From: Anaeramoeba ignava BMAN
Taxonomy: Eukaryota; Protista; Anaeramoebae
Assembly: GCA_028826165.1 (NCBI GenBank)
Contig: JAPDFW010000058.1
Span: 310,001-374,000 of the forward strand
DNA: 64,000 nucleotides
Reading direction: 5' to 3'
This document shows positions 23,301 through 35,600 of this stretch, piece by piece; within the stretch, counting starts at the first letter, position 1, and every line of letters starts with the position of its first letter. Both the position numbers and the translations under genes were made by a program. The notes under the pieces were generated by a model, which saw only the letters and a list, made by a program, of their open reading frames with translations, was not told where the DNA came from and made no database searches.

Positions 23301-24112
23301 CTGGGAGAGTCAATGGTACAATCGCCATTTCTCGTGCTATCGGCGATTCTGCGTTCCAGCCTTTTGTTTCCTGTGAACCGTATGTTTTTTGCTTTGAGAT
23401 CGAAAATGATGATCGTTTCCTCATCCTCGCTTGTGACGGTGTTTGGGACGTTCTATCAGACCAGGAGACTGTGGACATTGCAAACTCAATTAAAGACCCA
23501 TATTTATCCGCTCTTTCCATTCGAAATGCTGCCTTCTCAAAGGGAAGTACTGATAATATTTCTGTCATTGTTGTTGATCTCAAACCAAATCGAACTCAGA
23601 AATTCTTTAAGAAAAATTCCTCTTTTTTTCTTCAATCTGAAATCAATGAAAAAAATCTCGCTCAAATCGAGTTTGAAGCTGACCAAAAAAATACTAATTC
23701 TCTTCATCTCTTTAATCAGAAATTGATCCAGTCTTCTCATCAAATGACCTTCAATCATCATGAAAATAATTCAAGTTTATCTTTTGCGAATTTTCCCAAA
23801 AGGAATTTTTGGGATCAAAATCCAATGCAAATTGATGATAAAGATGATTTAGATATAGACATAGATTTAGATTCAAATGAAGATTCAAATGAAAATCCAA
23901 ATGAAAATTCAAATGAAAATACAAACGAAAATTCAAATGAAAATCCAAACGAAAATCCAAATCAAAATCCAAATCAAAATATAAAATATATTAATAATAA
24001 TCTTTATATAGATCTCAAATCCCCAAAAGAAAATAATCCAAAAATTCGAAATAATTTCGATAAAAATCAAATTGTGAAAAAAGATGAAAGAAATGAAAAT
24101 TCAATTAATTGA
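20321..24112 (+). CDS. Leucine-rich-repeat + PP2C (PPM) phosphatase, PHLPP/Cyr1-like architecture, N-terminal MGNCC acylation motif
   Basis: More than 20 LRRs (L..L.L..N.L..LP). PP2C motifs GKRGSMED, LYDGHKG, SGATA, NVGDSRAVL, DHKP, SRAIGD, LACDGVWD and GSTDNISV. Confidence 0.92.
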   Translation: MGNCCASPKNPIEDVAFIGMSLEKVPPLIGLCYQLNSLDLTGNHIQKLPSSLVKQETIRSFIWKSNHLKKVPQNLYEMKNLQFLDLSCNHIYQISDRIQKLTSLTELDLHENLIETFPDLSFGYLQSLIKLNASRNCIRSIPECVQNLNSLRELDLNGNSLPVLPQHFSSLTNLQMLNLSNNVIKNLEMNNGLQGLVSLHRFDLSYNLVEKIPETIKYLKNLRILIADFNRISLIHDAFGNLSKITQTTFENNKLKDLPNSFGKLSGSLLDLNLRSNKFKEIPGVLQQLRELQVLIMSRNKISSFTLQLTKLIDLDLSDNRIERFEDNAFMHLHSISKLNLAKNRISSLPESVSTMRNLSMLNLSSNNLQKLPQNIGNLVNLKELDLSENKLQSLPDEIGQLIFVYKLMLNGNQLKSLPQTFSHMKNLNVLNLSKNLFECVPPVLFSFSKLQKLTMSDCKLRIFPSNMILLMTLKELNLSANNIRLLSPSIGMMRSLSELNLSNNKIAEIPDSFFDLGNSPKASLCKIDFSGNQLGEFSELWFRFTNLQELDLSHNRIQKFPIDGFEKFSSIESLKLSHNRCENIDISSARRLTKLEFLHLEGNILSDSFQKILNKISSKNPHHQKNTRSHKEKNERLFIRCSLQRSRSFSNNHSLGDSGNMGINSNISINSSVNSNMNNSVTNNIPNGVNNPLNRSQTPLDFPVAKEILVDPYKPNWFARKIHWKSARFTVGYSETKGKRGSMEDTIDIRGRFGNWPNVDFFALYDGHKGRFTADFLAFVFSGMLESKLKKLFPQLKKTQSQSSNYFAQEDPNKSQEPQEQHQIHNSAKDFSPMKNMSFTNEPTNRLITENLTENDTFELESQDESQSLHANNNNSTTTPNKNTSNFGPKAQAPTLNRKLSLQDEEKLIQIKQTFHDLFLQVNKKLEKTKTESGATAVISLIVDNKCFIVNVGDSRAVLSRQRRAFRVSFDHKPTVPSEQQRIRNLGGIVSRAGRVNGTIAISRAIGDSAFQPFVSCEPYVFCFEIENDDRFLILACDGVWDVLSDQETVDIANSIKDPYLSALSIRNAAFSKGSTDNISVIVVDLKPNRTQKFFKKNSSFFLQSEINEKNLAQIEFEADQKNTNSLHLFNQKLIQSSHQMTFNHHENNSSLSFANFPKRNFWDQNPMQIDDKDDLDIDIDLDSNEDSNENPNENSNENTNENSNENPNENPNQNPNQNIKYINNNLYIDLKSPKENNPKIRNNFDKNQIVKKDERNENSIN

Positions 24113-24457
24113 AAAAACAAAATTAAAATTAAAATTAAAAGTAAAATTAAAATTTTTTTTAGTTTATTGAATTATCATTTCTTTCTTTTCTTTCTTTCTA
24201 TATTTTTTTTTAAAAGTTTCTTCTTTTTTTTTGCAATAAAACTTTTTATATTTAATTTTTAATTTTTAATTTTTCATTTTTTTATTTTTTCATTTTTCAT
24301 TTTTCCATATTTTCCAAAAAGAAAAAAAGCAAAAAAAGCAAAAAAAAAAAACAAATAAACAAAATTAATTAAAAAAAAAAAATTTCAATTAAAAAAAAAA
24401 GCAAAAAAAAAAACAACTTTATTTAAAACAAACAATATAAATATTATTTAAAATTAT

Positions 24458-27400
24458 ATGCAACAAAATAACGAATTTAACGTTTCAAATAAAAGGTTGG
24501 ATAAAAAAAAAATACAAACAAAAAAAAAATACATCATTTTTATACACATCTATTTTTAGCATTTTAATCACCTTTTTATAAAACTTTTCCCATTTATTCT
24601 TTATATACATATTTATTTAAATCAAAATACCTAACTTAAATTTAGCGAAAATAAACGGGATCAATATATACCACAAACAACACACTCCCAGACATTGCAG
24701 CATACCAACATGCAAACAAGAACAACTACAAGTAATAACCAAGAGCGAACGGCGGAAAAAGACAATGCACAAACAAATACAAGCGATGGTAATGAAATGA
24801 AAAACCCTGAAGCTGTTGAGTTTCTTGGGAAAATACGGGACTATTTCTCGAACAACGAGCAAAAAATGCAAACGTTCCTTGAAATCTTGCGCGAATTCAA
24901 ATACAGACGACAAGACACCCCTTCTGTGATCGCCAAAATCATACAGATATTTGAGGGAGACACTGATCTGCTGATGAAGTTCAACAGATTTCTGCCGTCA
25001 GATTACAAAATCACAGAGGCACATATAAATCGCAAAGACAACCGAGAATTTCTTAAATTTATTCATTTTATTGAAAAAACACTTGGTTCAACTTCAACTA
25101 AATGGAGCAAATTTGTTCGAAAATTAAAAAAACTTCAAAAAGGAACGTTAAGTTTTCAAGAATTTCAGCAGAAGATGAACAAACTATTTTCCGACAACCC
25201 TGCCATTACAAAAGGGTTCACACAATCGTTTTTTGAGAAGGTTCATTATGTACAACTTCCTTTTTTAAAGCCGTTAGTAAATAAACGAATGAAAAAAAAC
25301 ACTGAAAAAGCATGGGAAGAAACAATATATACATCTGCCAAGCGGGCCAAGAAATCTCGCAAGCGCGCTCCAAAGCCTCAAGGGTTAGAAGGGACAGAAC
25401 CCTTCGATCCTCAAGAATTTTCGACAAATATTAAGGCTCATTGCCAATACTTGAACATAATAAACACCCATTCTGCTCTTCTTAAAACTTCAAACACCCT
25501 CCAGTCCCTTAGCTCCTTCTCCTCCTTCTCTCATCACCCCGATCCTTCTGAGCAACTTGATACTCTCTCGGGTCTGGTTCGCCAGCGCAAAAAGATCTTC
25601 TCGAAAAATTTCAAGTTGATGAAAAAATTTCAATTTTCAATTGAAAAAATGAATGAAATTTTGGAATTGATTTTGGCTTCAAAACAAAAAAATCACGACC
25701 AAAATGCTCTCAATATAATTTCTGCCAAGATTTCTTCTTTGTTTCAATATCCTGATTTTTGTTTACTTTTGCAGCATGTTTATGGAGAAAAATATGAATC
25801 AATGTTTGATTTTCTTGAAAATAATCCACTTTTTGCTGTTCCTTCTATTCTCCGCAATTTGATTGAGTGTTATGATGATATTTCCACCAATCAATTGCAG
25901 ATTATTGCTGAAACTGATAAGTTGTTGTCTACTCATAGTTCCAAGATACAAGATTTACAATTTTTGAATTATTCGAAACAATTTTCTGATTTTTTAAGTC
26001 CATCTTGTAAAGGATTCATTAAAATTAATTTAGAAATTAATTTAGAAATTAAATTTTATTTAGAAATTAAATTTTATTTAGAAATTAATTTAGAAATTTA
26101 TTTAGAAATTAATTTAGAAATTTATTTAGAAATTAAAATTAAAATTAAAATTAAATTTAGAAATTAAAATTAATTTAGAAATTAATTTAGAAATTAAAAT
26201 TAAAATTAAAATTAAAATTAAAATTAAAATTAAAATTAAAATTAAAATTAAAATTAAAAATCAAAATTAAAATTAAAATTAAAATTAAAAATTAAAATTA
26301 AAATTAAAATTAAAATTAAAATTAAAATCAAAATTAAAATTAAATTTTATTTAGAAATTAAATTAGAAATTAAAATTAAAATTAAAATTAAAATTAAAAT
26401 TAAAATTAAAATTAAAATTAAAATTAAAATTAAAATTAAAATTAAAATTAAAATTAAAATTAAAATTAAAATTAAAATTAAAATTAAAATCAAAATTAAA
26501 ATTAAAATTAAAATTAAAATTAAAATTAAAATTAAAATTAAAATTAAAATTAAAATTAAAATTAAAATCAAAATTCATTTAAAATTTAATATTTAAAATT
26601 TAAAAATTAAAATTAAAATTAAAATTCATTTAAAATTAAATTTTATTTAAAATTCATTTCTAAAAGTCTTGGCTCTAGATACTCTCGAAAAAGAAACCTT
26701 AGATCTTCCAATTACCCTTGAATACTCCGATACAAAACTCATACCAACAATTTCACAACTGCTTGTGATTCGTCTTCAACAAGGAATTCTTGGTGAAGAT
26801 TCTCAACCTAAAAATCAAAAAATCGAAATACCAAAACATATTCATGATAATTTTGAAAATCAACTTGATTTCTTAGATTTTCAACAAGATTTACAACAAG
26901 AAATCCAGCAAGAAATTGAAAATAAAGAACAAAATACAAAATCAAATCAAATCATGCAAATGGATCTTGAAACAGATAACGCACTTAATGAAACCCTTAA
27001 ACAATTAACACATTTCTTTTTTGAATCAATTGGAGCAAGTAAAAAATTCATTGCTTATTCAAGTGATGAAAAAAGATCAAAAGAAACAAAAGAAAAAGAA
27101 AAAGAAAAAGAAAAAGAAGATGGAAATTTGAAACCAGAAAATTCACCCAATATTTTCGAAAGACCCTTTGATTTCTTAAGCACTTTTTTCGAAGAGGATA
27201 GTACAACAAATCCAACAAAAACATTCCAATCAAACGAGAATGAAAATTCAAATGAAAACGAGATCCAAAGTGAAACTCAAAACGAAATCCAAAACGAAAC
27301 TCAAAATGAAAGAAGGCAAAAAAATGTCCCGAATTCAAAAAGTTTTGTTGGCGATATCCACTTTTGTTGCTTTATTCGGTTACACTATATTCTGTATGAA

Positions 27401-27772
27401 ATCATGATGAAGCTTAAGAACTCAAATGTTTCATTTTCAGAAGTTTTTGAAACAATTTCTCATTTTTTAACTGGCGAAATGACTTTTGAAAATTTTTATT
27501 CTTGGCTTTCTTCTTTTCCTTCAGTTTCACAAATCAAAGCCTCACAAATCCGTCTTGTTATGAATCAAATTTTGCATCAAGTTGTTGCTATATCAAAAGA
27601 TCCTTTGGCAAAACTTTTATTTCAGAAAAGCCAATTAGATCAACAAAAGATTCAACAAGAAGTTGATTCTCCTCTTTTTCTTTTTACTACTCAAAAACAA
27701 ACTCTTTTCGAACAACTTGATTATGAACCTATATCTATTACAATTCGAACACTTTCTAATCAAAAAAATTAA
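24458..27772 (+). CDS. Sin3-like paired amphipathic helix (PAH) protein, 3 exons (24458..24495, 24646..26006, 26667..27772)
   Basis: PAH motif AVEFLGKIRDYF...FLEILREFK...VIAKIIQIFEGDTDLLMKFNRFLP, plus a Sin3 C-terminal-like FIRLHYILYE. Introns 24496..24645 (with CTAAC branch-like site) and 26007..26666 are GT-AG and frame-compatible. Confidence 0.75.
26020..26650. repeat. Intronic AAATTAATTTAG 12-mers followed by a long (AAAATT)n microsatellite
   Basis: Directly visible inside intron 2 of the Sin3-like gene. Confidence 0.9.
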
Positions 27773-27874
27773 GAAGATTTGAATTGTTTTTTTTTTTGAT
27801 TTTTTTTCTCATTTTTTTTTTTGAATGAAATCCACAAAATTTTTTCGCAGTTTTATTTTCATTTTTTTTTAACA

Positions 27875-29215
27875 ACATCAATAATAAATTAATAATAAAT
27901 CAATAATAAATCAATAATAAATCAATAATAAATCAATAAATAAATCAATAATAAATTAATCAATAATAAATCAATAATAAATTAATAATAAATTAATAAT
28001 AAATTAATAATAAATCAATAATAATAAATTAATAAATAAATTAATAATAAATCAATAATAAATCAATAATAAATCAATAATAAATTAATAAATAAATTAA
28101 TAATAAATCAATAATAAATCAATAATAAATCAATAATAAATTAATAATAAATTAATCATAAATTAATAATAAATCAATAATAAATCAATAATAAATCAAT
28201 AATAAATCAATAATAAATTAATAATAAATCAATAAATTAATAATAAATCAATAATAAATCAATAATAAATTAATAATAAATTAATAATAAATAAATTTTA
28301 ATAAATCAATAATAAATCAATAATAAATCAATAAATCAATAAATTAATAATAAATTAATAATAAATTAATAATAAATCAATAATAATCAATAAATCAATA
28401 ATAAATTAATAATAAATAATCAAAATCAATAAATAAATCAATCAATAAATCAATAAATAAATAATAAATTAATAATAAATTAATAATAAATTTAATAATA
28501 AATTAATAATAAATCAATAATAAATCAATAATAAATCAATAATAAATTAATAATAAAATCAATCTCATAAATTAATAATAAATTAATAATAAATTAATAA
28601 TAAATAATAAAATAAAATAATAAATAAATTAATAAATAAAATTAATAATAAATTAATAATAAATCAATAATAAATTAATAATAAAATAAATCATAAATTA
28701 ATAAATAAATTAATAAATAAATTAATAATAAATTAATAAATCAATAAATAAATAAAATAAATCAATAATAAATTAATAAATAAATTAATAATAAATTAAT
28801 AATAAAATCAATAAATCAATAATAAATCAATAATAAATTAATAATAAAACAAATAATAAATCAATAATAAATTAATAATAAATCAATAATAAATTAATAA
28901 TAAATTAATAATAAATAATAATAAATTAATAATAAATTAATAATAAATCAATAATAAATTAATAATAAATTAATAATAAATTAATAATAAATTAATAAAA
29001 TTAATAATAAATTAATAATAAATCAATAATAAATTAATAATAAATCAATAATAAATCATTAATAAATCAATCAATAATAAATCAATCAATAAATCAATAA
29101 TAAATTAATAATAAATTAATAATAAATTAATAATAAATTAATAATAAATCAATTAATAAATCAATAATAAATTTAATAATAAATCAATAATAAATCATTA
29201 ATAAAATTAATAAGG
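27875..29215. repeat. Intergenic 11-bp satellite (AATAATAAATY)n, ~1.3 kb
   Basis: Directly visible; the + strand essentially lacks G throughout. Confidence 0.95.
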
Positions 29216-29858
29216 ATCAATAAGTGAATTTTGCTAATTATAAATTAATAATAAATTTATATTTAATTTTGATATTTTTATATTAAATTTTGTTATTTAA
29301 ATTAACTTAAATTAGTTTAATGGCAAATTAATAATAAATTTATATTTAAATTTCAAATATAAATTTAATTTGCTTTTTTTTTGGAATTAAAAAAAGAAGA
29401 AGAAATGATCATTTGATCAATTTGATCCCAATTAAAATTTAATTAAAAAAAATAACTTATTTTGTTTTATTAAATTATCTACAACTATTGAATTAAAAAA
29501 AAATATTAGAATAAGTTTCTTAAATAAAAGAAAAAAAGGGTTCTTTTTCTATTTATAATTTTCCTTTTTGTTCTTTTTATTTAAATTAATTAATAATAAA
29601 AATTTGATCAATTTTCTGTTTAAAAGAATTATTTAATTTTTAAATTTATTTTTATTTAATTTTTAATTATTTTTAAATTGTTTTTTAATTGTTTTTGATC
29701 GTAAAAAATTAATTATATTTGAAGTATTCAAAATTAAAAAAATTTTAAATTAAGAAGGAAAAATATTTTTTTTTGTAAAATCATTATTCTTTTTAATTCT
29801 TTATTTTTCTAAGTTACTTCATCTTTTTTTTTTAGTTTTTTTGAATTTGATTTTTTAA

Positions 29859-32480
29859 ATGGAACATCAATTAAAAAATTATTTTGTTTGTGAAACTATT
29901 GGAGAAGGTGCTTTTGCTAAAGTTAAAATAGCGAGACACATTCTTTCAAACACAAAAGTAAATTTTAAATTAAATTAAATTAAATTAAATTAAATCATAA
30001 TTTTAAAATTGATCATAATTGATTTGAATTATTTTGAATAAATTGATTTTTTTTACTGATCTTGATTAAATTTAAATTTATTTTTTTTAAAAAAACCCCT
30101 CTTTTTAAAATCCACTTTTTAAAAACAAAATTTATTTAAATAATATTAGGTTGCTGTAAAAATTATTGATAAAAAAGCTTATGCTCAGAATTCTGATTCT
30201 TTGAATAGACTTCAAATTGAATTAAATGCTTTGAAACTTATTGATCATCCAAATATTGTAAAGCTGTATGAAACTGTAAATACAAAAAAGTATTTTTACA
30301 TTGTGACTGAATATGTAGCAAATGGTGAATTGCTAACTTATATTAATGAAAATGGGAAGATGAGTGAACGAAAAGCAAGAGGATTTTTTAAACAAATTGT
30401 TGATGGTAAAAAATTTATTTCTAATTCAATATTTATATTATTATTTTTAATTAAATTTATTATTATTTATTTTTTTGGATTTTTTGTTATTCCTACTTTC
30501 CACGTTTTATTCTTTTTAAATTAAATATTTTTATTAAATATTAAATTAAAGATTTATATATTATTTATTTTAATTTATATTAAATATTTAATTTTTGTTA
30601 TTTATATTACGTTTTATTCTTTTTAAATTAAATATTTAATTAAAGATTTATATTATTTATTTATTATTATTTATTTTTTTGGATTTTTTGTTATTCTTAC
30701 TTTCCACGTTTGCTTTTTTAAATTAAATATTTTTATTAAAGATTTATATTATTTATTTTAATTTATTTAATTTATTTTTGGATCATTAGATCTAAAATTG
30801 ATTTGTATTTTAAATTAAATTAAATTTATTCTTTTAAATTAAATTAAATTTATTCTTTTTAAATTATTTAATTTTATATATATTTTTTTGGATTAAATAT
30901 TTAGCAATCGAACATTGTCATCAATTAGGAGTTGCTCATCGAGATATCAAACTAGAAAACTTACTTTTAGATGCAAACAATAACATCAAGATCATTGATT
31001 TTGGATTAGCAGGAGAAATGAAAACCGACAATTGGCTTTGCAAAACAGCATGTGGATCACCATCATATTCAGCTCCCGAAGTAATACAAGGGAAAAGATA
31101 CCAAGGCAAGAAATCGGACGTATGGTCAATGGGGGTTGTTTTGTATGCAATGGTTTGTGCAGCACTGCCTTTCAACGGGAAAAATGTAAGAGAAATATGC
31201 GAAAATATTGTGATTGGAGAATTTTCAATTCCGGATGATATTTCGCAATCATGCAAACATTTAATAAGACACATGATAGAAAAAGACACTCGAAAAAGAT
31301 ACACAGTAAGCCAGATAAAACTGCATCCTTGGTTCAATGAGCAAGATACTGATTCACCAAGGTTTATAGAGATACCAACACCAATCAAAGAACTCAATCA
31401 TGCTCAAATTGATCCAATGATTTTGAAACAAATGGAACAAGCAGGATTCACTGCAAAACAAGTTGCTTTCTCCATACAACAACAGCGATTCGATTCTTCA
31501 ACTGCTACTTACAGACTTCTTCTTGATAAGCGAAAAAATGAAAATTCTCCAAGATCAGAAAGAATTGTTAAAACTTGGAAAATTCAAAATTCTCATTTGG
31601 ACACTAATATAGATATCACTAACACTATTGACCTTACTGACACAGAATCTTCAGAAGAAATTGATTTGGATGAAATCAATGAAGCTCAGAACAAAAAAAT
31701 GGAAAAAGCAAAAAAAGAAAATCAAAATCAAAAAAATCAAAATGAAAATCAAAAAACAAATCAAAATCAAAATCAAAAAACAAATCAAAAAAATCAAAAA
31801 TCAAAAAAACCAATTCCCGAAAACAAATCAAAAATCAAAAAACAAATCAAAAAAATCAAAAATCAAAAAAACCAATCGAATTAAAAATTGAAATTGAAAA
31901 TGAAAATGATCTAAATGGAAATGAAAATGGAAATGGAAATGGAAATGAAAATGGAAATGAAAATGGAAATGAAAATGAAAATGAAATCGAACCAAAAAAA
32001 GTCAGAAACAGAAAAAGATCAAATACTATAGAACAAAATTCAGCAAAAATTGAACAAAAAAAAACGGAAAACAAACAAAGATCAAATACTATAGAAGAAA
32101 ATTCAAACAAAGTTGAACAAAAAGGAACAAAAATTCTTATCAAAAAAACTGGACATTCTTCAGAAAATTTGGGACTTAATCTTTTCAGTATTTCTTCTTT
32201 AGATACTCAACATTTCATTTTAACTTCAACTACAAAACTTAAAAGAGGAAAAATTCTTAAAATTATGAAATGTTTCTTCAAGAAAAGACACATTTCTGTT
32301 CAAAAACTTTCTAAAGCTAAATTTTTGTGTAGGATTGATAAAACTAAATTTCAAGTTTCTTTACTTGATTTTAAAGAAAAAGAATTGGCAAAATTTAGCA
32401 AAATTGAATTTGAAATGCAAGAAGGTGATTTTTTAACTTTCCAAAAATTATGGCTTGCTTTAAAACCAAAATTACAATAA
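29859..32480 (+). CDS. CAMK-group Ser/Thr kinase, MARK/Kin1/AMPK-related (kinase-UBA-linker-KA1); exons 29859..29957, 30150..30405, 30905..32480, with an apparent frameshift near 31820-31833
   Basis: GEGAFAKVK, VAVKII, HRDIKLEN, DFG, TACGSPSYSAPE and DVWSMGV. UBA-like segment ...TATYRLL and KA1-like C-terminus FEMQEGDFLTFQKLW. GT-AG introns are frame-compatible; the indel lies in an A-rich N/Q/K linker. Confidence 0.85.
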
Positions 32481-32692
32481 GATTTTTGGATATTTTTCTT
32501 TCTCCTTTTATTCTGCTTTCATCTTTCTTTTTTTCTTTTTTTTTTGCTTTTTTTTTTTTGAGTTTATTTTTGGTTAATTGAACTTTATCAAATAAAAATA
32601 ATTAAAATTTAATTTTTTTTTCATTTTTTTTTCTTTTTTCTTTTTTCATTTTTTTTTTGCTTTTTCTTATAAAAATAATAATAAAATAATAA

Positions 32693-35600
32693 ATGGATTA
32701 TTTTGTTAAATTAGATTTTTATTTGAATAAACTAACAGATGAAAAAACAAAACAAATTGAAATCAATCAAACAAAGCATTCAATACAACTTTTTATTGAA
32801 CAACAATATTTATTACTTCCTCGTGCAAGTTTTGCATCATTAATGAATATTTTGAACAAAAAAATCTCAGAAATTATCAATTCATCAAATATTACAAACC
32901 AAAAAACAATCATTTCACTAATTAATAAATTGACAAAAATTCCTGATGAAGATAACTCACTTAATTTATCTGATATGGTTCTACATTTGGATTCAATTCT
33001 TGAAAAAATTCCAAATGATTTTAATTTAATTGAAAAAACTGCCAAAATTTTAAGTAAAATTATTCAATTAATCGGAGTTTCAAAAAGTGAAGTCACACAA
33101 ACAGAGTTAAAAAAGGCAATTGAGTGGCTTCAGAATGAGAAAAGTGAATTTAAAATATTTTCTGCTTTGCAAATTTTTAACTATTTGTCTGTTGCTTTTC
33201 CTACTATTGTTTATACTCATCTTCAAGTTTTTTTTAATCTTTGTTGGATCGGTCTTTTACATCAAAAAATTGACATTAGAAAAACAGCTGCTGAAGCTCT
33301 ACATAATTGTATTTTGATTATTAATTCTCGTGAACAAAGAATAAGAGATCAACTTTATTCTCAACTTTATTCAGAAACTCAAAAAGTAATTAAAATTCTT
33401 TTCAAAATTCATTTTAAAAATCAAAATTCATTTTAAAAATTAAAATTCATTTTTAGAACTTCACTCAAAAACAATTTGCTGTAATTCATGGAAGTCTTCT
33501 TGTTCTCTGTAAATTAATAATTTATTAAAAAAAAAATTTTAATTTTTAATTTGAATTTCTAATTGAATTTTCTAGACGAATTATTTGAAAATGGAGGATC
33601 ATTTATGGAAACATATTTAGAAGATACAGTTAAAAAAATATTTAGATATCAAAATTTAAAATCAAGTAGTATTCATCAAGGAATTGCAAAATTAATTCCA
33701 ATTATTGCTCAATTTGCACCTGATTTTTTCAAAGAAAAATATTTGGATCAATCTATTAAATATCTTCTTAAATTAATTCAAAAAGATATTATTCCAAAAA
33801 AATTTACATTTAAATCATTAGGAGAATTATCATTAGTTAGTGTTTTTTTCTTTTGAAAAAAAAAATTCCAATTTAAATTGAAAATTAAAAATTCTTCTTT
33901 TTAAAAGGTTGTAAAAGATTCAATTAAACCATATCTTTTAGATATTATGAAAAAAGTTTGTATTGCAATTAATCCTTCTAAGAAAAAAACATTTTGTGAA
34001 GAATCAATGCTTTGTTTAGCAAATATCTCAAAAATTTGTGATACAAGAGATGAAATGAAAAAAAGAAAAACAATTGGTATTTTTTTTATATTAAAAAAAT
34101 ATTTTTCCACAAATTAATTTTTATTTGATTTTTTTTTTTTAGATATAATTTTAGATGGACCTTTATCAGAAATTAAATTATATACCTTATTTTCATTTAC
34201 AGAATCATTTCCTGAACTTGAACCTGAAATAAATTGCAAATTAATTAATATTTTATCTATAATTTTAACAAATCAAATTTATGCTCCAAATAGTTTACTT
34301 TATTTACAATTTCAAGAAATTATTAAAAATTCAGGAATTAAGAGAATTGATTTAATTTCTGAAAATCAAAAAATGGAAGAAGAACAGATTATTTTGGCTT
34401 TTAAAACAATTTCTCAACTTGATTTTGATGATTTAATTTTACTTGATTTTGTTCAAAAAAATGTTATTCCTTATTTTTATCATTTAAATTATAAATTCCG
34501 CAAAGAATCAAGTTTAGCAACTTTGCAAATAATTACAAAAAATTATTTACCTGATGATATTATTGATCCTTTTTTGGAAAAATTAATATCACTTGGAATT
34601 ACTGATCCTGGTAAATTCAAAATTCAAAATTCAATCAAAATTAAAATTAAAATTAAAATTAAAATTTAAAAAAAAAAAAGAATATTTGATTAGATCAAAA
34701 ATTTTGGAAGGAATTTACCAAAAATTTCCTGAAAAATTATTCAGAATTGAAAATGTTAGAAAATTATTTCTTGTATTAAATGATGAAGATCCAAAAGTTA
34801 GAATACTTGGAATAAAAATATTAGGGAATATTGCAAAACAAAATCCAATAGATATTATTCCCGAATTAAGAGTATTTTTTATGAGACTCATTTCAGAATT
34901 TGAATATACTCAAGATGAATCAACAAAAGAAGAAAGCATTGAATTATTTGGATATTTAGTGAAATCATCACCACAATTAATTGAACCATATTGTGATTCG
35001 ATACTTAAATCATTTATTCCCAAAATGAAAATTTTGAGTCAACTTCCTGGAAATAGAATTTTGATACATTTACTTTCAACAATAGGATCAGTTACGGAAG
35101 TTGGAGGAGAGAAAATGGGGAAATATTTAGAAGAATTATTACCAATAATTATTGAAATTTTTCACAGTCGAGGATCAACATCAAGAATAGTAGAAATTCA
35201 TTTATAAAATTCATATTAAAATTAATTTATAAAATTCAATATAAAATTAATTTATAAAATTAAATATTTATAAAATTAATTTATAAAATTCAATATAAAA
35301 TTCAATATTTATAAAATTCAATATTTATAAAATTAATTTATAAAATTAATTTATAATTTAGGTCGCTTTGGAAATACTCGGACAATTAGTTAGAAATACA
35401 GGATATGTTATTGAACCTTATAGAAATTACCCAAGATTGCTTCCTTTATTATTAAAATCTATTAAAAGTGATGATAATCCTCATATCAAAAAAGAAGCTA
35501 TTAAAATAATTGGAATAATCGGTGCTTTAGACCCTTTCGAATTCAAAAAAACCCTTAAAACTTTATATTCAGCAAAATTACTGAAACAGAAAAAAGATGA

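Noticed and set aside
20689-23761. Overlapping antisense ORFs in LRR-PP2C, and likewise at 46414-49994 in TPR
   Set aside because: Expected by-product of locally higher GC; no recognisable motifs.
17260-29215. Telomeric repeats or transposons in the long satellites
   Set aside because: No G-rich telomere-type unit, terminal inverted repeats, target-site duplications or transposase/RT coding sequence were seen.
31820-31884. Programmed frameshift or true truncation of the MARK-like kinase
   Set aside because: The break lies in A-homopolymers of a repetitive linker and the KA1-like domain continues in the next frame; a sequencing indel is the simplest explanation.
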